Assembly (NCBI RefSeq): GCF_009914755.1
Contig: NC_060947.1
Direction: 5' to 3' (one strand)
Origin: the human T2T-CHM13v2.0 reference genome, Homo sapiens
Length of the DNA: 64,000 nucleotides
Under the pieces are notes generated by a model. The model was given only the letters and a program-made list of their open reading frames with translations. It was not told the origin of the DNA and ran no database searches. Shown here piece by piece: positions 42,796-56,114 of the stretch. The position numbers and the translations under genes are program-made. Position 1 is the first letter of the stretch, and each line of letters opens with the position of its first letter.

Positions 42796-44049
42796 ATATT
42801 GCTTACGATAAATCACCTTCTTGAGGTCTGCTTTATAAGTCAGTCTCTGTGACATTGGAAGCATGGATTCATCCCCCAGAGACTCCTCATCTCATGATGG
42901 GACTGAGAATGGGAGAGAAATGTGTAGTGGCAAAACTATAGAGTGGACTGGCCTGGGTTATCTATTGGTAAGTGCTGCTCTCCTATGAGGTCTGGCCTGA
43001 AGCAGCCACTGGTTTTACCCATTAAATTACAGCAATAATAACCCCTTACATTTGTTCAGTGCTTTTACCTTTCAAAGCACTTTCATGTATTTTATGTAAT
43101 TTTATCATTTAATCTATTACATCTTCTTTGGGTCACACTGCTTGTAAAAATACATTTGTAGAGCAGTGGCAAAGAGACCAAGAGAAGCAGTAATATTGTC
43201 AGTATGTTGAAAAAAAGTCTGTCTATGATGGGGCCTTGACAAAACAACTCAAAGGAAATAAGTGTAGTCGGAGTCTAGGCTGCAGTACGGTGACCCCAGA
43301 ATTTGGAGCTAGGCTTAGAATGATTGTTAGAGCGAAATAACTAATACAAAGGCATTATTGTAGATGTGTTACTGATAGAGACTTAGGAAATCTCAAATGT
43401 AATCAAGATAATCAGGGTGTATCTGTAGGATCAGAACGTACTTGAAGAAAGTTGCAATCTAATCAGCTTTACTGTAAACTGTGTGAAGAATAATGTGTTA
43501 AAGAAAGGTGGTGCATGAGTTATTTGAAAAAGAAGAATTAAGAAGTAAACATATGTTACTGTTTGTCCAACACCTCCCACCCCTAACTGTGCAGAGAGGT
43601 GGGGAGGAATGGGGGAGGGAGGTGTGTCCACTTGTGCAGTGGCTGGAGAGCAGAAGGAGCCCAGTAGACCATACACATGATGGATGCAAATATTGTGGTC
43701 CTTAAGGCTGTAGGCTCAATTATGAAGCAGATTTCTCTATGCATGGGCTTCACCATTGCACTTCCTTCACTCTGACTCCATGTTTATCAAGTAACTTTCT
43801 GATTTTCTATTTTAGTTTCCTAGGTTCCTTGATCCTGGGAAAGAAATGCATTTACATGAGCTCAGACTATTGTTCGGTTACCTTACAGGTATATCTTCCA
43901 TTGTAAATTAATGTAACTGCAATATAGTTTATATGTCTTTTCCTCCCAATTGTTTTTATTTTGAAAACTTTCAAATCTATAGAAAAGCTACAAAAACAAT
44001 ATAATGAATTTCTACTTACTCTTAAACTAAATTTACTAATTTGCTGATA

Positions 44050-45292
44050 GATATCAAAATGCTTCAGTACTATTTATTGAAAAGGCTGTCTTTCCTCCAT
44101 TGAATTGCTTTTGGACCTTAGTCAAAATTTAGTTGGCCGTATTTGTGTGGGTCTATTTCTGGGATCTCTCTTCTGTTCCTTTGATGTGTCTGTTTCTTTG
44201 CCAATACCACACAGTTTTGATTACTGTAGCTACATAGTCTTAAAATTGGTAGAGTGAGTCCTCCTGCTTTATCCTTTTTTTACAAAATTGTTTTAGCTAT
44301 TCTAGTTTCTCTGTTTTCCCACATGAATTTTACCATAATCTTGTCTATATCTTCAAAAAATCATGTTAGGATTCTGATAGCAATTGTCTCAGACCTGTAT
44401 AAATTTGGAGAGAACTGAAATCTTTACTATGTTGAGTTCCAAACTATGGCCACAGTATGTCTCTCCTTGTAGTTAGATCTTATTTGATTTCTTTGATCAG
44501 TGTTATAGTTTTCAGCATACATATCCAGTACATGTTTTGTGAGATTTACACATAAATATTTCAGTTTTTAAAATCCAATTGTGAATGGCTTTGTATTTTA
44601 AATTTTGGTTTCCATGTGTTTGTTAATAGTACATAGAAATATGTTCATTGATAGTATATAGAATTGATTTTTGTATGTTGATATTGTGACCTGCAACCTT
44701 GCTGAACTCATTTATTAGTTCTAGAAGGTTTTTGTTACATTCCTTGAGATTTTCTATGTACACAATCATGTTATTTGCAGATAAGGACAGTTTTATTTCT
44801 TCCGTTCTGTTTTTTATGCTTCTGAGATGCTGCCTGCTGTGTCTTTCAGATGTCAAAGCTGAGAGCAGAAATACGGTCTTTCTTTTTTTGGTACTATCTT
44901 TGTCTGGTTTTGGTCTCAGGATAATACTAGCTTAATAAAGTGAGTTGGGAAGTGTTTCCTCCTCTTCTATTTTCTGAAAGATTGTGTAGAATTGTTGTGA
45001 ATTTTTCTTTAAATGTTTGGTAGAATTCTTCAGTGAAATCATCTAGGCTTGGAGAGTTCATTTATTGAGGAGTTTTTAAATTACAAATTCAATTTCCTTA
45101 ATAGCTACGGGGCCATTCAAATTATTTCGTATTTGGTGAGTTGTGGTAGTTTGTGGCTTTTGAGGAATGAGTCCATTTAATCTAAGTGGTCAAGTTTATG
45201 TATATAGAATGCTGTATTTTGCTAGTATTGCTTTGATACCTGTGGAAGCTGTGGTAAGATCCCATTTCATTCCTGATATTGGAAATTTGTGT

Positions 45293-45343
<51 letters not shown>

Positions 45344-45870
45344 GTCACTCTTACTAGAGATTTGTAAATTTTTTTCATGTTTTTGAAGAACCAACTTCTT
45401 GTTTCATTGAATTTATTATTATTCTGTTTTCAATCTCATTTGTTTCTGTTCATTATTATAACCTTCCTTCTACTTGCTTTGGTTTTATTTTGCCCTTCTT
45501 TTTCTATTTTATTAGGGTTGCAGTTTAATTATTGATCTGAGACTATCCTCTTTTTAAAATTAAGAATGTAGTGTCATAAATTTCCCTCTCAGCACTGTTT
45601 TAGGTGTGTCCTACATATTTTGACACGTTGTCTTTTCATTTTAATTGTTTAGTGTATTTTAAAAATTTTCCTTGAGATTTCCTCTTTGATCCATGTATTA
45701 TTTAGAAGTGCATTCTTTAGTTTCTAAGTGTTTGGCAATTATCCTGTTATCTTTCTTTTATCGATTTCCTGTTTGATTTTATTTTGGTCAGAAAATACAC
45801 ACTGTATGATTTCTGTCTTTTAAATTTGATGAGGTTTATTTGATGACCCATGAAATGGCCCATCTTTATT
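44050..45870 (-). mobile_element. Old L1M ORF2 remnants
   Basis: Peptide EEIKLSLSANNMIVYIENLKE...LLELINEFSKVAGHNINIQKS (44623-44856). Confidence 0.85.
45301..45342. repeat. Poly(T) run of 42 nt
   Basis: Uninterrupted T homopolymer inside an L1. Confidence 0.95.
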
Positions 45871-46025
45871 CTTTAATTTTTAATTGTTTTAATATTATTG
45901 TAATAAAATGTATAAAACATAAACTCTACTACTGTGACCATTTTAAGTGTACAATTCAGTGACATTAGTTACAATTACAACACTGTGCAACCATCATCAC
46001 TATTTATTTACAAAACTTTTCTGCT
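45870..46025 (-). mobile_element. L1MB 3' terminal fragment
   Basis: accattttaagtgtacaattcagtgacattag...gtgcaaccatcatcactatt. Confidence 0.75.
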
Positions 46026-46029
46026 ACTT

Positions 46030-47630
46030 CATGGGAAAAAGCTGGAAGCATTCCCCTTGAGAACCAGAACAAGACAAGGATGCTTACTCTCATCGCTCCT
46101 ATTCAACGTCATACTAGAAGTCCTAGCCAGAGCAATCAGGCAAGATAAAGAAATAAGAGACATCCAAATAGGAAGAAAGGAGATCAAACTATCTCTGTTT
46201 GCAGATGATATGATTCTATACCTAGAAAATGCCACAGTCTCTGCTCAAAAGTTCCTACATCTGAAAAACAATGTCAGCAAGGCTTCAAGATACAAAAATC
46301 AGCAGCAATTCTAGACACCAACAGGTCCAAGTTGACAGCCAAATCAAAAACGCAATCCTATTCACAATAGCCACAAAAGGAATAAAATATCTAGGAATAC
46401 AGCTAACCAGGGAGGTGAAAGATTTCTACAATGAGAATTATAAAACACTACTGAAAGAAATCAGAGATGACACAAACAAATGGAAAAACATTCCATGCTC
46501 AGATAGGAAGACTCAATATTTTTAAAATGGCCATACTGCCCAAAGCAATTTACTGTTTCAATGCTATTTCTATCAAATTGCCAATGTCATTTTTCACAAA
46601 ATTATAAAAACACTGTTCTAAAATTCATGTAAATCCAAAAAGGAGCCCGAATAGCCAAAGCAATCCTAAGCCAAAAGAACAATGCTGAAGGCATCACATT
46701 ATCCAACTTCAAACTATACTACAAGGATATAGTAACCAAAACAGCATGGTACTGGTATAAAAACAGACATATAGACCAATGAAACAGAATACAAACCCCT
46801 GAAATACAGCTGCACAACTACAACCAACTAATTTTTTACAAAGTTGACAAAAATAAACAATGGGGAAAGCATATCTTATTCAATAAGTGGTGCTGGGAAA
46901 ACTACTTGCAGAAGAATAAAATTGGACCCCTATCTGTCACCATATACAAAAATTAACTCAAAATGCATTAAATATTTAAATGTAAGATTCACACTATAAA
47001 AATCCTAGAAGAGAACCTAGAAAGTAGTCTTCTAGTCATAGGCCTACACAAAGATTTCATGACAAAGATGCCAAAAGCAATTGCAATGAAAACAAAAAAT
47101 TGACAAGGTGGAACCTAATTAAACCAAAGAGTTTCTGCACAGCAATAGAAACTATCAACCAAATAAACAGACAACTTACAGAATGGGAGGAAATATTTGC
47201 AAACTATGCATCTATAAGGAACTTAAACAAATAAGCAAAAAACACCCAAACCCATTAAAAAGTGGGCAGAGACATGAACAGACACTTTTCAAAAGAAGAC
47301 ATACTAATGGCTAACAAACATAGGAAAAAATGCTCCACATCACTAATCATTAGAGAAATGCAAATCAAAACCACAGTGAGATACCATTTTATACCAGTCA
47401 GAATAACTGTTATTAAAAAGTCAAAAAATAACAGATGCTGGCAAGGTTGTGGAGAAAAGGGAATGCTTATACACTGTTGGTGGGAATGTAAATTAGCTCA
47501 ACCATTATGGAAAGCATTATGATGATTTCTCAAAGAACTTAGAACAGAACTACCATTCAACCCAGCACTCCCATTATTGGGTATATACTCAAAGGAATAG
47601 AAATCATTCTTCCATAAAGACACATGCATT
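46030..47630 (+). mobile_element. L1PB-type ORF2 fragment (RT to C-terminus), disrupted
   Basis: [39 protein letters not shown]...[14 protein letters not shown]; HFSKEDI...[15 protein letters not shown]; stops and frameshifts present. Confidence 0.95.
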
Positions 47631-50600
47631 CATTGTTTTCTTCTAGGATTGTTATGGTTTTAGCTCTTATATGTAGATTGTTGATTTATTGTCAGTTAAT
47701 TTTTTTGTATATGGTGTGAAGTAGGGGTGCAACTTAATTCTTTTGCATGTGGATATCCTGTTGTCCAAGCACCATTTGTTGAAGAGATGATTCCTTCCCC
47801 ATTGAATGGACTTGATACCCTTGTCAAAAAACAATTGGTTATAGAGGTAGAGATTTATTTTAGGATTTACGACTCTATTCCATTGGTTTATATGTCTATC
47901 CTTATGCCAACACCATGCTATTCTGATTACTATAGCTTTGTATTACGTTTTGAAATTGGATCTCCTAACTTTTGTCCTTTTTCAAGAATGTTTTGGTTAT
48001 TGGGTTTCTTGCAAGTCCATATGAATTTGAGAATTGGTTTTTCCATTCGTGTCAAAAGGGCTGTTGGGATTTTGATAGGGATTGCATTGAATATGGAGGC
48101 TGCTTTGGGTAGTATTGACACCTTAATAATATTGTCTTCCAATCAATGAACATGAGATGTCTTTCCATTTATTTAGGTCTTAATTTCTTTCAGCAATGTT
48201 TTGTAGCTTTCAGTGTACTAGTCTTTCACCTCCTTGGTTGAGTTTATTCTATTAGATGTTACTATAAATGCAATTACTTAAAATTTTTCTTTTGGATTGT
48301 TCATTATTGGTAGATAAAAGCACATCTGATTTTGTGTAATGACATTGTAACCTGCAATGCTGCTGGTTACAGTGTGAACCAATGGTAAATATGACTTCAA
48401 AGTTTAAAATGTTTGTGCTATAAAAGACATATCAAGAAAACGAAAAGACAACCTACAGGATGGTTTTACTTCTTCCTTTCTAATTTGGATGCCTTTTATT
48501 CATTTTTCTTGTCTAGTTGCTCTGGATAGACCTTCCAGTACAACATAGAATAGCAGTGGTAAAAGTTAATATTCATGTCTTGATCTTAGAGGAAAAGTTT
48601 TCAGTCATTCACCATTGAGTATGACATTAGCTGTAGGTTTTTCATAAATGCCCTTTTTCATGTTGAGTAACTTCCCTTTATTCCTAATATTTTGATTGCT
48701 TATTTATTATGAAAGGGTGCTGATTTTTGTCAAATATTTTTCTGCATCTTTTGAGACAACCATGTGTTTTTTTTCTTTGTTATATTAATGTGATGCATTT
48801 CATTGATCGATTTTATTACGTTAAATGAACTTTGCATTCCTGGGATAAATCCCACCTGGTCATAGTGTATAATGACGTTAATATATGGTTAGATTTGGGT
48901 TGCTAGTATTTTACTGAAAGATTTTTGTGTCTATATTCATAAGATACATTGCACTGTAATTTTCTTGTGATTTTTTTTCTGGCTTTGGTATTATGGTAAT
49001 GCTGATCTCATAGAATGAGCTGGGAAGTGTTCCTGCTTCTTCAGTTATTTGGAAGAGTTTGAGAAGGATTGGTGTTAATCTTTAAATGTCTGGTAGAATT
49101 CACCAGTGAAAGTTTCTGGTCCTTGGCTTTCCTTTGTTGGGAAGTTTTCATTACTGATTGAATCTCTTTATTTGTTATAGATCTCCTGACATTTTATATT
49201 TCTCCTGAGTCAGTTTGGGTAATTTGTTTGTTTCTAGGAATTTGTTCATTTCACCTAGGCTATCTCATTTGTAAGCATAGAATTGTTAATAGTATTGTCT
49301 TACAAACCTTTTTAAAATTTTTATCTCTGTAAGGTTGACAGTAATGTCCCCACTTTAATTTCTGATTTTAGTTATTTGCATCTTTCTTTTTTCTTTGTCA
49401 GTCTAGCTCAAGGTTTGTCAATTTCATTGATCTTTTCAAAGAAACAAATTTTGGCTTTGATTCTCTGTACTATTATTCTCTGTACCTATTATTGTACAAC
49501 TATTTCTCTCTTCAATTTTTTCAGCGTTTGCTTCATATATTTTAAGGCTCTGTTGTTTGGTGTATATGTGTTTATGATTGTTATACCGTCTCAATCAATT
49601 GATCAGTACATAACGTCTGACTTTGACTTTTATAACATTTGTTGACTGAGGGTGATATTAGTAAGCCACCCCACCTCTTTTTGGTTACCACTTGAATAAA
49701 ATATTTTTTCCAACTCTTTCACTTTCAACCTAATTGCACCTTTGGATCTAAACTGGGTCTCTAATAAATTGCATGTAGTTGGATTATGTTTTTTTTTTAA
49801 ATTCATTCTGCCAATCTCTGCCTTTTGATTGGTCACTTTCATCTATTTACATTTAATTTGTTTACTGATAAGGATGGATTTTTGCAATTTTTCGTTTTGT
49901 TCCCTCTTTATCTTATACCTATTTGTGTCCCTCATTTCCTCCATTACTGTCTTATTTTGTATTTAGTTAATTATCTGTAGTGAACCATTTTGGATCTCTT
50001 CTCATTTCCATTGGTACATTTTAAACATATTTTTGTGGTTACCATGGGATTACAATCAATATCCTAAGCTTATTACAATCTAGTTTGAATTGATACCAAC
50101 TTTTTTTTTTTAATTTTTAAAATGTTTCTTCAACTTTTATTTTAAGCTCAGGTGTACATGTGGAGGTTTGTTACACAGGTAAACGTCTGCCATGCTGGTC
50201 TGCTGCACAGGTCATCCCATCACCTAGGTGTTAAGCCTGAATCTATTAGCTTTCTTTTTGATGCTCTCCCTTCCCCAACCCCCTCCCGACAGGCTCCAGT
50301 GTGTGTTGTTCCCCTCCATGTGTCCACGTGTTGGGGAAAAAAGTGAGAACATGTGGTGTTTGGTTTTCTGTTCTTGTATTAGTAAGCTGAGGATAATGGC
50401 TTCCAACTCTACCCATGTACCAACTTTAATAGCACATGAAAACTCTGCTATTATTCAGTTCCACTGCTTTCTTTATGTTGTTGTTGTCACAGATCATATA
50501 TTTATACACTGTGTGCCCAGTAACATAGATTTATAATTTTTATGTATTTGTCTTTTTAATCATGCAGAAAATAAAGAGTCAAGTTACAGACCAAAAATTA

Positions 50601-51860
50601 ATAAGACTTGCTTTTATGTTTGCCCATGTAGATTTCTTTACTGGAGATCTTTATTCCTTCATATAGCTTCGATTTACAGTCTAGTGTCCTTTCACTTCAA
50701 CCAGAAGGACTCCTTTTAGTACTTCTTCTAGGATAGGATTAGTGGTAATAGACTCCCTCAGCTTTTGTTTATCTGAGAATGTCTTACATTTTCACTCAAG
50801 TTTGAAGTGCAGTTTTGCTGGATATAGAATTCTTGTTTTACAGTGTTTTTCTTTCAGAACTTTAAATATGTCATCCCATTGTATTCTGGCCTCCATGGTC
50901 TCAGATAAGAAATCAGTTATGAACCTTATTGAGAATCCCTTGTATGTGATGAGTTGTTTCTCTCTTGCTGCTTTCAAGATTCTCTCTTTGTCTTTGTCAA
51001 CAGTTTGATTATAATGTCTCTTGATGTGGGTCTATTCTACTTGGAGTTATTATTCTACTTGGAGTTCATTAAGCCTCTTGGATCCTTATGTTCAATGCTT
51101 TTCATCAAATTTGGGAAGTTTTTGGTCATTATTTATTTAAAAATTCTTTCTATCCCTTTCATAACCTCTTCTCTTTTTTCTGTTACTCCCATAATGTGTA
51201 TGTTGGACCACTTGATGGTGTCCCACAGGTCCCTTAGGCTCTGCTAATTATTCTTCGTTCTTTTTTTTCCTGTCCCTCAGATTGGTTCATTTCAATTATC
51301 CTATCTTCCAAGTGCACTGATTCTGTCTTGTGCCTGAAGCCTCTAGTGAATTGCTATCCTTGAATGCCAGGAGCTAAAAAAAAAATCCAGACAAGTAAAA
51401 CACCTCTCCCAGTCTTTAAGGTCCTCTCAAGTCTTTCCTGAACATGCAAGTTTCCCTGGCAATTTATTCACATATTTTTCTATATTTTCCCGTATACATG
51501 GATACTTTTGTTTGCCCTAATTTCCCAAAGAAGCTCTCCCTATGGCTTTTCTTCTCAGGCCTTAGGTTGTCTCTTGTAAGCCTCAACTGTAACCCTTTGC
51601 CTCAGGCATCTGGGTTGTTCATCCATCTTAGGGTTTTTGAGCAATGCCTGGTAATTTTCTGGCTTGGGTGAGTTCTGAGTTAGGTGCAACAGAGATAAGT
51701 TCTTTACATCTGTCATTTAGATAGCCCTCTGACAGGTTAGAGCAGACCTACACAATAATTTTTGAATAAGGTCTGCTGTGTTCCCCCTGGAACCATGGTC
51801 CAGGGTCCCACACTGCAAACACAGGCTGCTGTCTTCAATACTGTTGCTGAGCCAGAGCAG
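47631..51860 (-). mobile_element. Old L1M (ORF2, ORF1 and 5' remnants)
   Basis: NIIKVSILPKA..FNAIPIKIP (47930-48142); ORF1 KAAREKQLITYKG..IR...DFLSETMEARIQWDDIFKVLKEK (50792-50977). Confidence 0.9.
50104..50417 (-). mobile_element. L1PA8-13-type 3' end nested in an older L1
   Basis: Poly(T) and 3' UTR; TSD taccaacttt at 50094-50103 and 50418-50427. Confidence 0.85.
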
Positions 51861-51865
51861 GGGCT

Positions 51866-51985
51866 TAATATAATGTGGATGATGAAATAATCTGTATAAC
51901 AAACCCCCATGACAGAAGTTTACCTATATAACAAACCTGCACATGTACCCCTGAACTTAAAATAAAAGTTAAATTAAAAAATTAT
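51866..51985 (+). mobile_element. L1PA/PB 3' terminal fragment
   Basis: gatgaaataatctgtataacaaacccccatgac...aacctgcacatgtacccctgaacttaaaataaaagtt. Confidence 0.85.
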
Positions 51986-52109
51986 AACTTTTTTTTAAAA
52001 AGGAATCTTTTTAATTTTACCCTGAGATGCTTTTTCCTTTAACAGTTCATCCTAGTGGGCATCACACATAGGCCAGGATTACATGGTGCACCTTTAGATC
52101 TGACACTGA

Positions 52110-53470
52110 ACTTTTATTTAATTTGAATTTTGTTCCAAGTAGTAGTTTAATAACATGCACATAGTTTACAAAGTCAAACATTAACCAAGTCTTACAATTA
52201 CACACAGAAGTTCTCTACCTCACCCTTTCCTGTTTCCAATTTTTACTCCCCAGAAATAGCCACATACCACTCTTTTAGCTGCTGCTTCTAGTATTTCCCT
52301 CCATATGTTTGAATAACACAGGAAGGCTGCTAGTTGTTTTTCAATTTTTTATATGCTCTACCAACTTCCTTCTAGATTCAGTCTCACCACAATCTCCCAC
52401 ATCCATGCACAGTTCACCTTGTCTCATTCTCTCAATTTAATTATTCTAAAATTTTTGGCTAAATTAACATTCAATGTTTAAATTATGATGACAACAAATA
52501 CTGTTCACAGCTCAGCTATGTACTGTATTATGACTACTTTTACTTCCTTGGACAATTTTTTTGAATTAATAGTTGCCTCACCTTAGAAATGTTGCTTAGC
52601 TTTCTATGTACTTATCACTAACTCATACTACATTCTTTGACAGAATTATTAGTCCTCTTAGTACTATCAACCACACCAGGCAATCTGTGAATTCCATATT
52701 CACCTGAGAGTCTTCCCTCTGGAGCCCTCCAATCTGAACTGTTTGACTTCTGGCCCTTCTACAGAGCTGGTGTCTTGGAGTTTCCTTTCACTGTCATCCT
52801 GAGAAATCTCTGCTGTTCTCTCCTGCATTGGAGCATCTGTTTCCTGTGTCCCATGTCTTTCTCTTTCCTGGCTTATTATCTTCATTCTGGTGGACATCTA
52901 CTCCAAGTTTCCTGACCTTGGCATGTCTGAAAATATCTGTATTTGATCTTTCCAATTGCTTGGTAGCTTGGCTGGGTATAGAACTCAAGGTTGAAATAAT
53001 TTTTCCTTTACAATGTTAAAGGAACTCCTCCAATGTCTTGAAGTATTCAATATTGTTGTGGAGAAGTCCAATGCCATTCTGATTCTTGAAGCTTTTTATG
53101 TGATCTTCAATTTTTCTCCTTACAACTGTTTACCTTTTAGGATAGCTTTTTTTCTCCTTTGTTGTAAAGTTTTATGATGATAATGTCTTTGGATCTTTTT
53201 TCCTTCATAATGTTGGGCAACCAGTGGGCCCTGTCAGTCTGGAAAGTTGTATCCTCAGGATTTGGACAGATTTTCTTTAATTATTTCTTTGATAATTTCC
53301 TAGCCATATTTTTCTTCTCTTTTCTTTTTCAGGAATTCTTATTGGCTATTGGACCTCATCTGTTGACTATAATTTTCTTGTCTTTTATCTTTCCTATTTC
53401 TCATTTCCCTATTTTCAAATTCTGTTTTCTTAGAGATTTCTTCATCTATATCTTCCAACTCCTTGTTGAA
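52110..53470 (-). mobile_element. Degenerate L1ME/HAL1-like sequence
   Basis: tttagctgctgcttctagtattt...gagaagtccaatgccattctgattc. Confidence 0.5.
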
Positions 53471-54172
53471 ATTTTTAAAAACCATTTTAAAGTGTACAGT
53501 TCAGTGGTATTAAGTATTTTCATAACACTGCACAACCATTACCGTTATCCACTTCCAGAACTTTTTCATGATCTCAAACAGAAATTCTACACCCATTAAT
53601 AAATAACTCCCCAACCCCCACTTCTCCAAGCCCCTGGTAACCTCTAAACCACTTTCTGTCTCTATGACTTTGCCTATTGTAAATATTTCATGTAGGTGAA
53701 ATCATACAATATTTGTCCCTTTTCATCTGGCTTATTTTACTTAGAATAATGTTTTTGAGGTTCATTCATGTTGTTGCATGTATCAGAATATTATTCCATT
53801 TTAAGGCTGAATAATATTTCCTTATATAGCTATACAATATTTTGTCCATTCATCTGTTGATGGTTATTTGGGTTGTTTACACCTTTTGACTATTTTATTT
53901 TGCATAATGCTATAGTTAACATTGATATACCAGTACCCACTTTTGATTCTTTTGGCTATATATCTAGAAGTAGATTTGTGGGATCATATGGTAATTCTAT
54001 GTTTAACTTTTTGAGGAACTGCCAACCTATTTTCCATAGCAGCTGCACCATTTTACATCCCCACCAGCAAAGCAGAGTTCCAATTTCTCCACATCCTTGA
54101 CAACACTTTTTATTTTCCATTTTTTAATAATAGACAACCTAATGGGTGTGAAGTGGTATCTCATTGTGGTTT
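53471..54172 (-). mobile_element. L1MB 3' region
   Basis: accattttaaagtgtacagttcagtggtattaagta...aatgggtgtgaagtggtatctcattgtggttt. Confidence 0.85.
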
Positions 54173-55644
54173 CTAATAAGTTTTAAGTTGACTTTTTTTT
54201 TGATTTGGCATTTGCTCAGTTGCTGTAAACCTTTGATTGTTTTCTAGAGTTCTGTTCTGACAAAGTTGTTTCTGACAGTTTCTGCTTATTTTCCTGTGTT
54301 TCTGTGGGGTAACAGGAGCTTGTGGTTGCCTACTCCACCATTTTCTGCTGTGGTCTATCTTGGTATGTTCCATGGGTGCTTTAAAAGAATGTGGATTCTG
54401 TTGTTATTTGGTGGAATGTTCTGTAAGTGTCAATGAGATTCTCTTGGTTGATGGTGTTGTTGAATTATTCTTTATCTTTACTGATTTTCCATCTAGTTTT
54501 TCTATCACACCCACAATAACAGATAAACTAACTACTTCCTAATAAGTGTCAGATCATTTAAGGTAGCTCAAGAAAAGATGAAAACAGAGGTTTCTATGGA
54601 TTTCCAAGAGTCTGATGTCTTTCAGTTGCAGGTCAACCTCTGCTGCTTCATTTCCCCCCCATCCCCTTAGATGCCCCTACAGACATAGTAAACTATTTAC
54701 AATTCTACAAGACCCTGTGTTCCCTCTAGAGCATTGCACATGCAATGTTCCTTTCTGAAATGTCCTTCCTCTTGAGTACTTTTAAAGATTTAGCTCAAAT
54801 ATTACCTCCTTTGTGACGTGTTCCCTGATTGTTTGAGACAACCTGCACATATCTTTCCTTAGAAGCTGATTCACCATGAAGCTAATCATAAATCTTCAAA
54901 GCCCCTCACTGGACAGATCCCTCTCAAGGTCCAGGGAGGGGTACCACCACTGGTTTTTTACAAGGTTATATTTTTCCCCTAATTTTCAAAGTAAGGTATT
55001 TAACCACATTCATTTAAGACAGCTCTCTCTTTCCAGTCTGACTTTTCCATCAGACTTCTCCCTTGTTTTGAGTGTAACTGGAATGGCGAAGAGGAAGTTG
55101 AGGTGAGGATACATTTAGTTTGGGTTTAGAGAGATACATTTATGTGGCTTGCAATCACTTATTGTGTATAGTTAACTTACTGCTAATGGTGTAGGAATGG
55201 CTTCAGGAATGGTCCTATAACCTAAGGTGTTTACTCATCCAGCATCCTTACACAAAAAGGACAGAGCCAGAGGTAGCATCATGATATAAATGTGTCCTAT
55301 AGCATCTGGGGTTAGATACATTGGATAGTAGAGGAGAAACAAAATTTGAAATGTACAGAGTTCAAAGTTTGTGTAAAATTCTTCCAATGAGCATATTAAA
55401 ATTTTAAGTGGAGGATTTGGTTTTTAACAATGCCTAGTCAAAATAAAATTTTCTCCTTTAAAAAACAGAGTCAATAGTGTAGCATATATGAGTATATACA
55501 AACTGTATTTTTTCTTTTTTCATAAAAGTTGTGCAAAATGGCATTTATCATAATTCCTGTTTTTGAAGGGTCCAAACCTCCTAGCAGTATTATAAACAGT
55601 GAGTATGGCTGTGTATGCAGTCACAAGTTTTATGCATCCCATCT

Positions 55645-56018
55645 ACTAGACTGAACTGTGTTATCCCGGAATTCATATGTTGAAGCCCTAACCCCCACTG
55701 TGACTATACTTGGAGATAGAGCCTTTAGGAGGTAATTTAGACTAAATGAGGTAATGGGGGTGGGGTCCTAATTTAATAGGATGGGTGGCCTTATAAGAAG
55801 AGGAAGAGAGAGAGATTTTCTTCTCTCTCTCTGCACACATTAAGTGGAAAGGCCATGTGAAGACATACAGAGAAGGAAGCGAGCCCTCACCAGAAACTGT
55901 GAACGCTGCCAGACCTTTATCTGGTACTTCCAGTCTCCAGAATTGTGAGAAATAAATTTCTGTTGTTTAAGCCCTCCAGCCTGGGGTATTTTGTTTTGGA
56001 AGCCTGAATAGATTACTA
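55645..56018 (+). mobile_element. MLT1A-type MaLR solo LTR
   Basis: gactgaactgtgtt...attcatatgttgaagccctaaccccc...gtgagaaataaatttctgttgtttaagcc. Confidence 0.85.
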
Positions 56019-56114
56019 TACCACGTATCAATAATAAGAAATACATTTTGATCAAACATGCTAGGGGATCCATTGAATTATCTTTCTATTCTTTACATAG
56101 AAAATGACATTACA

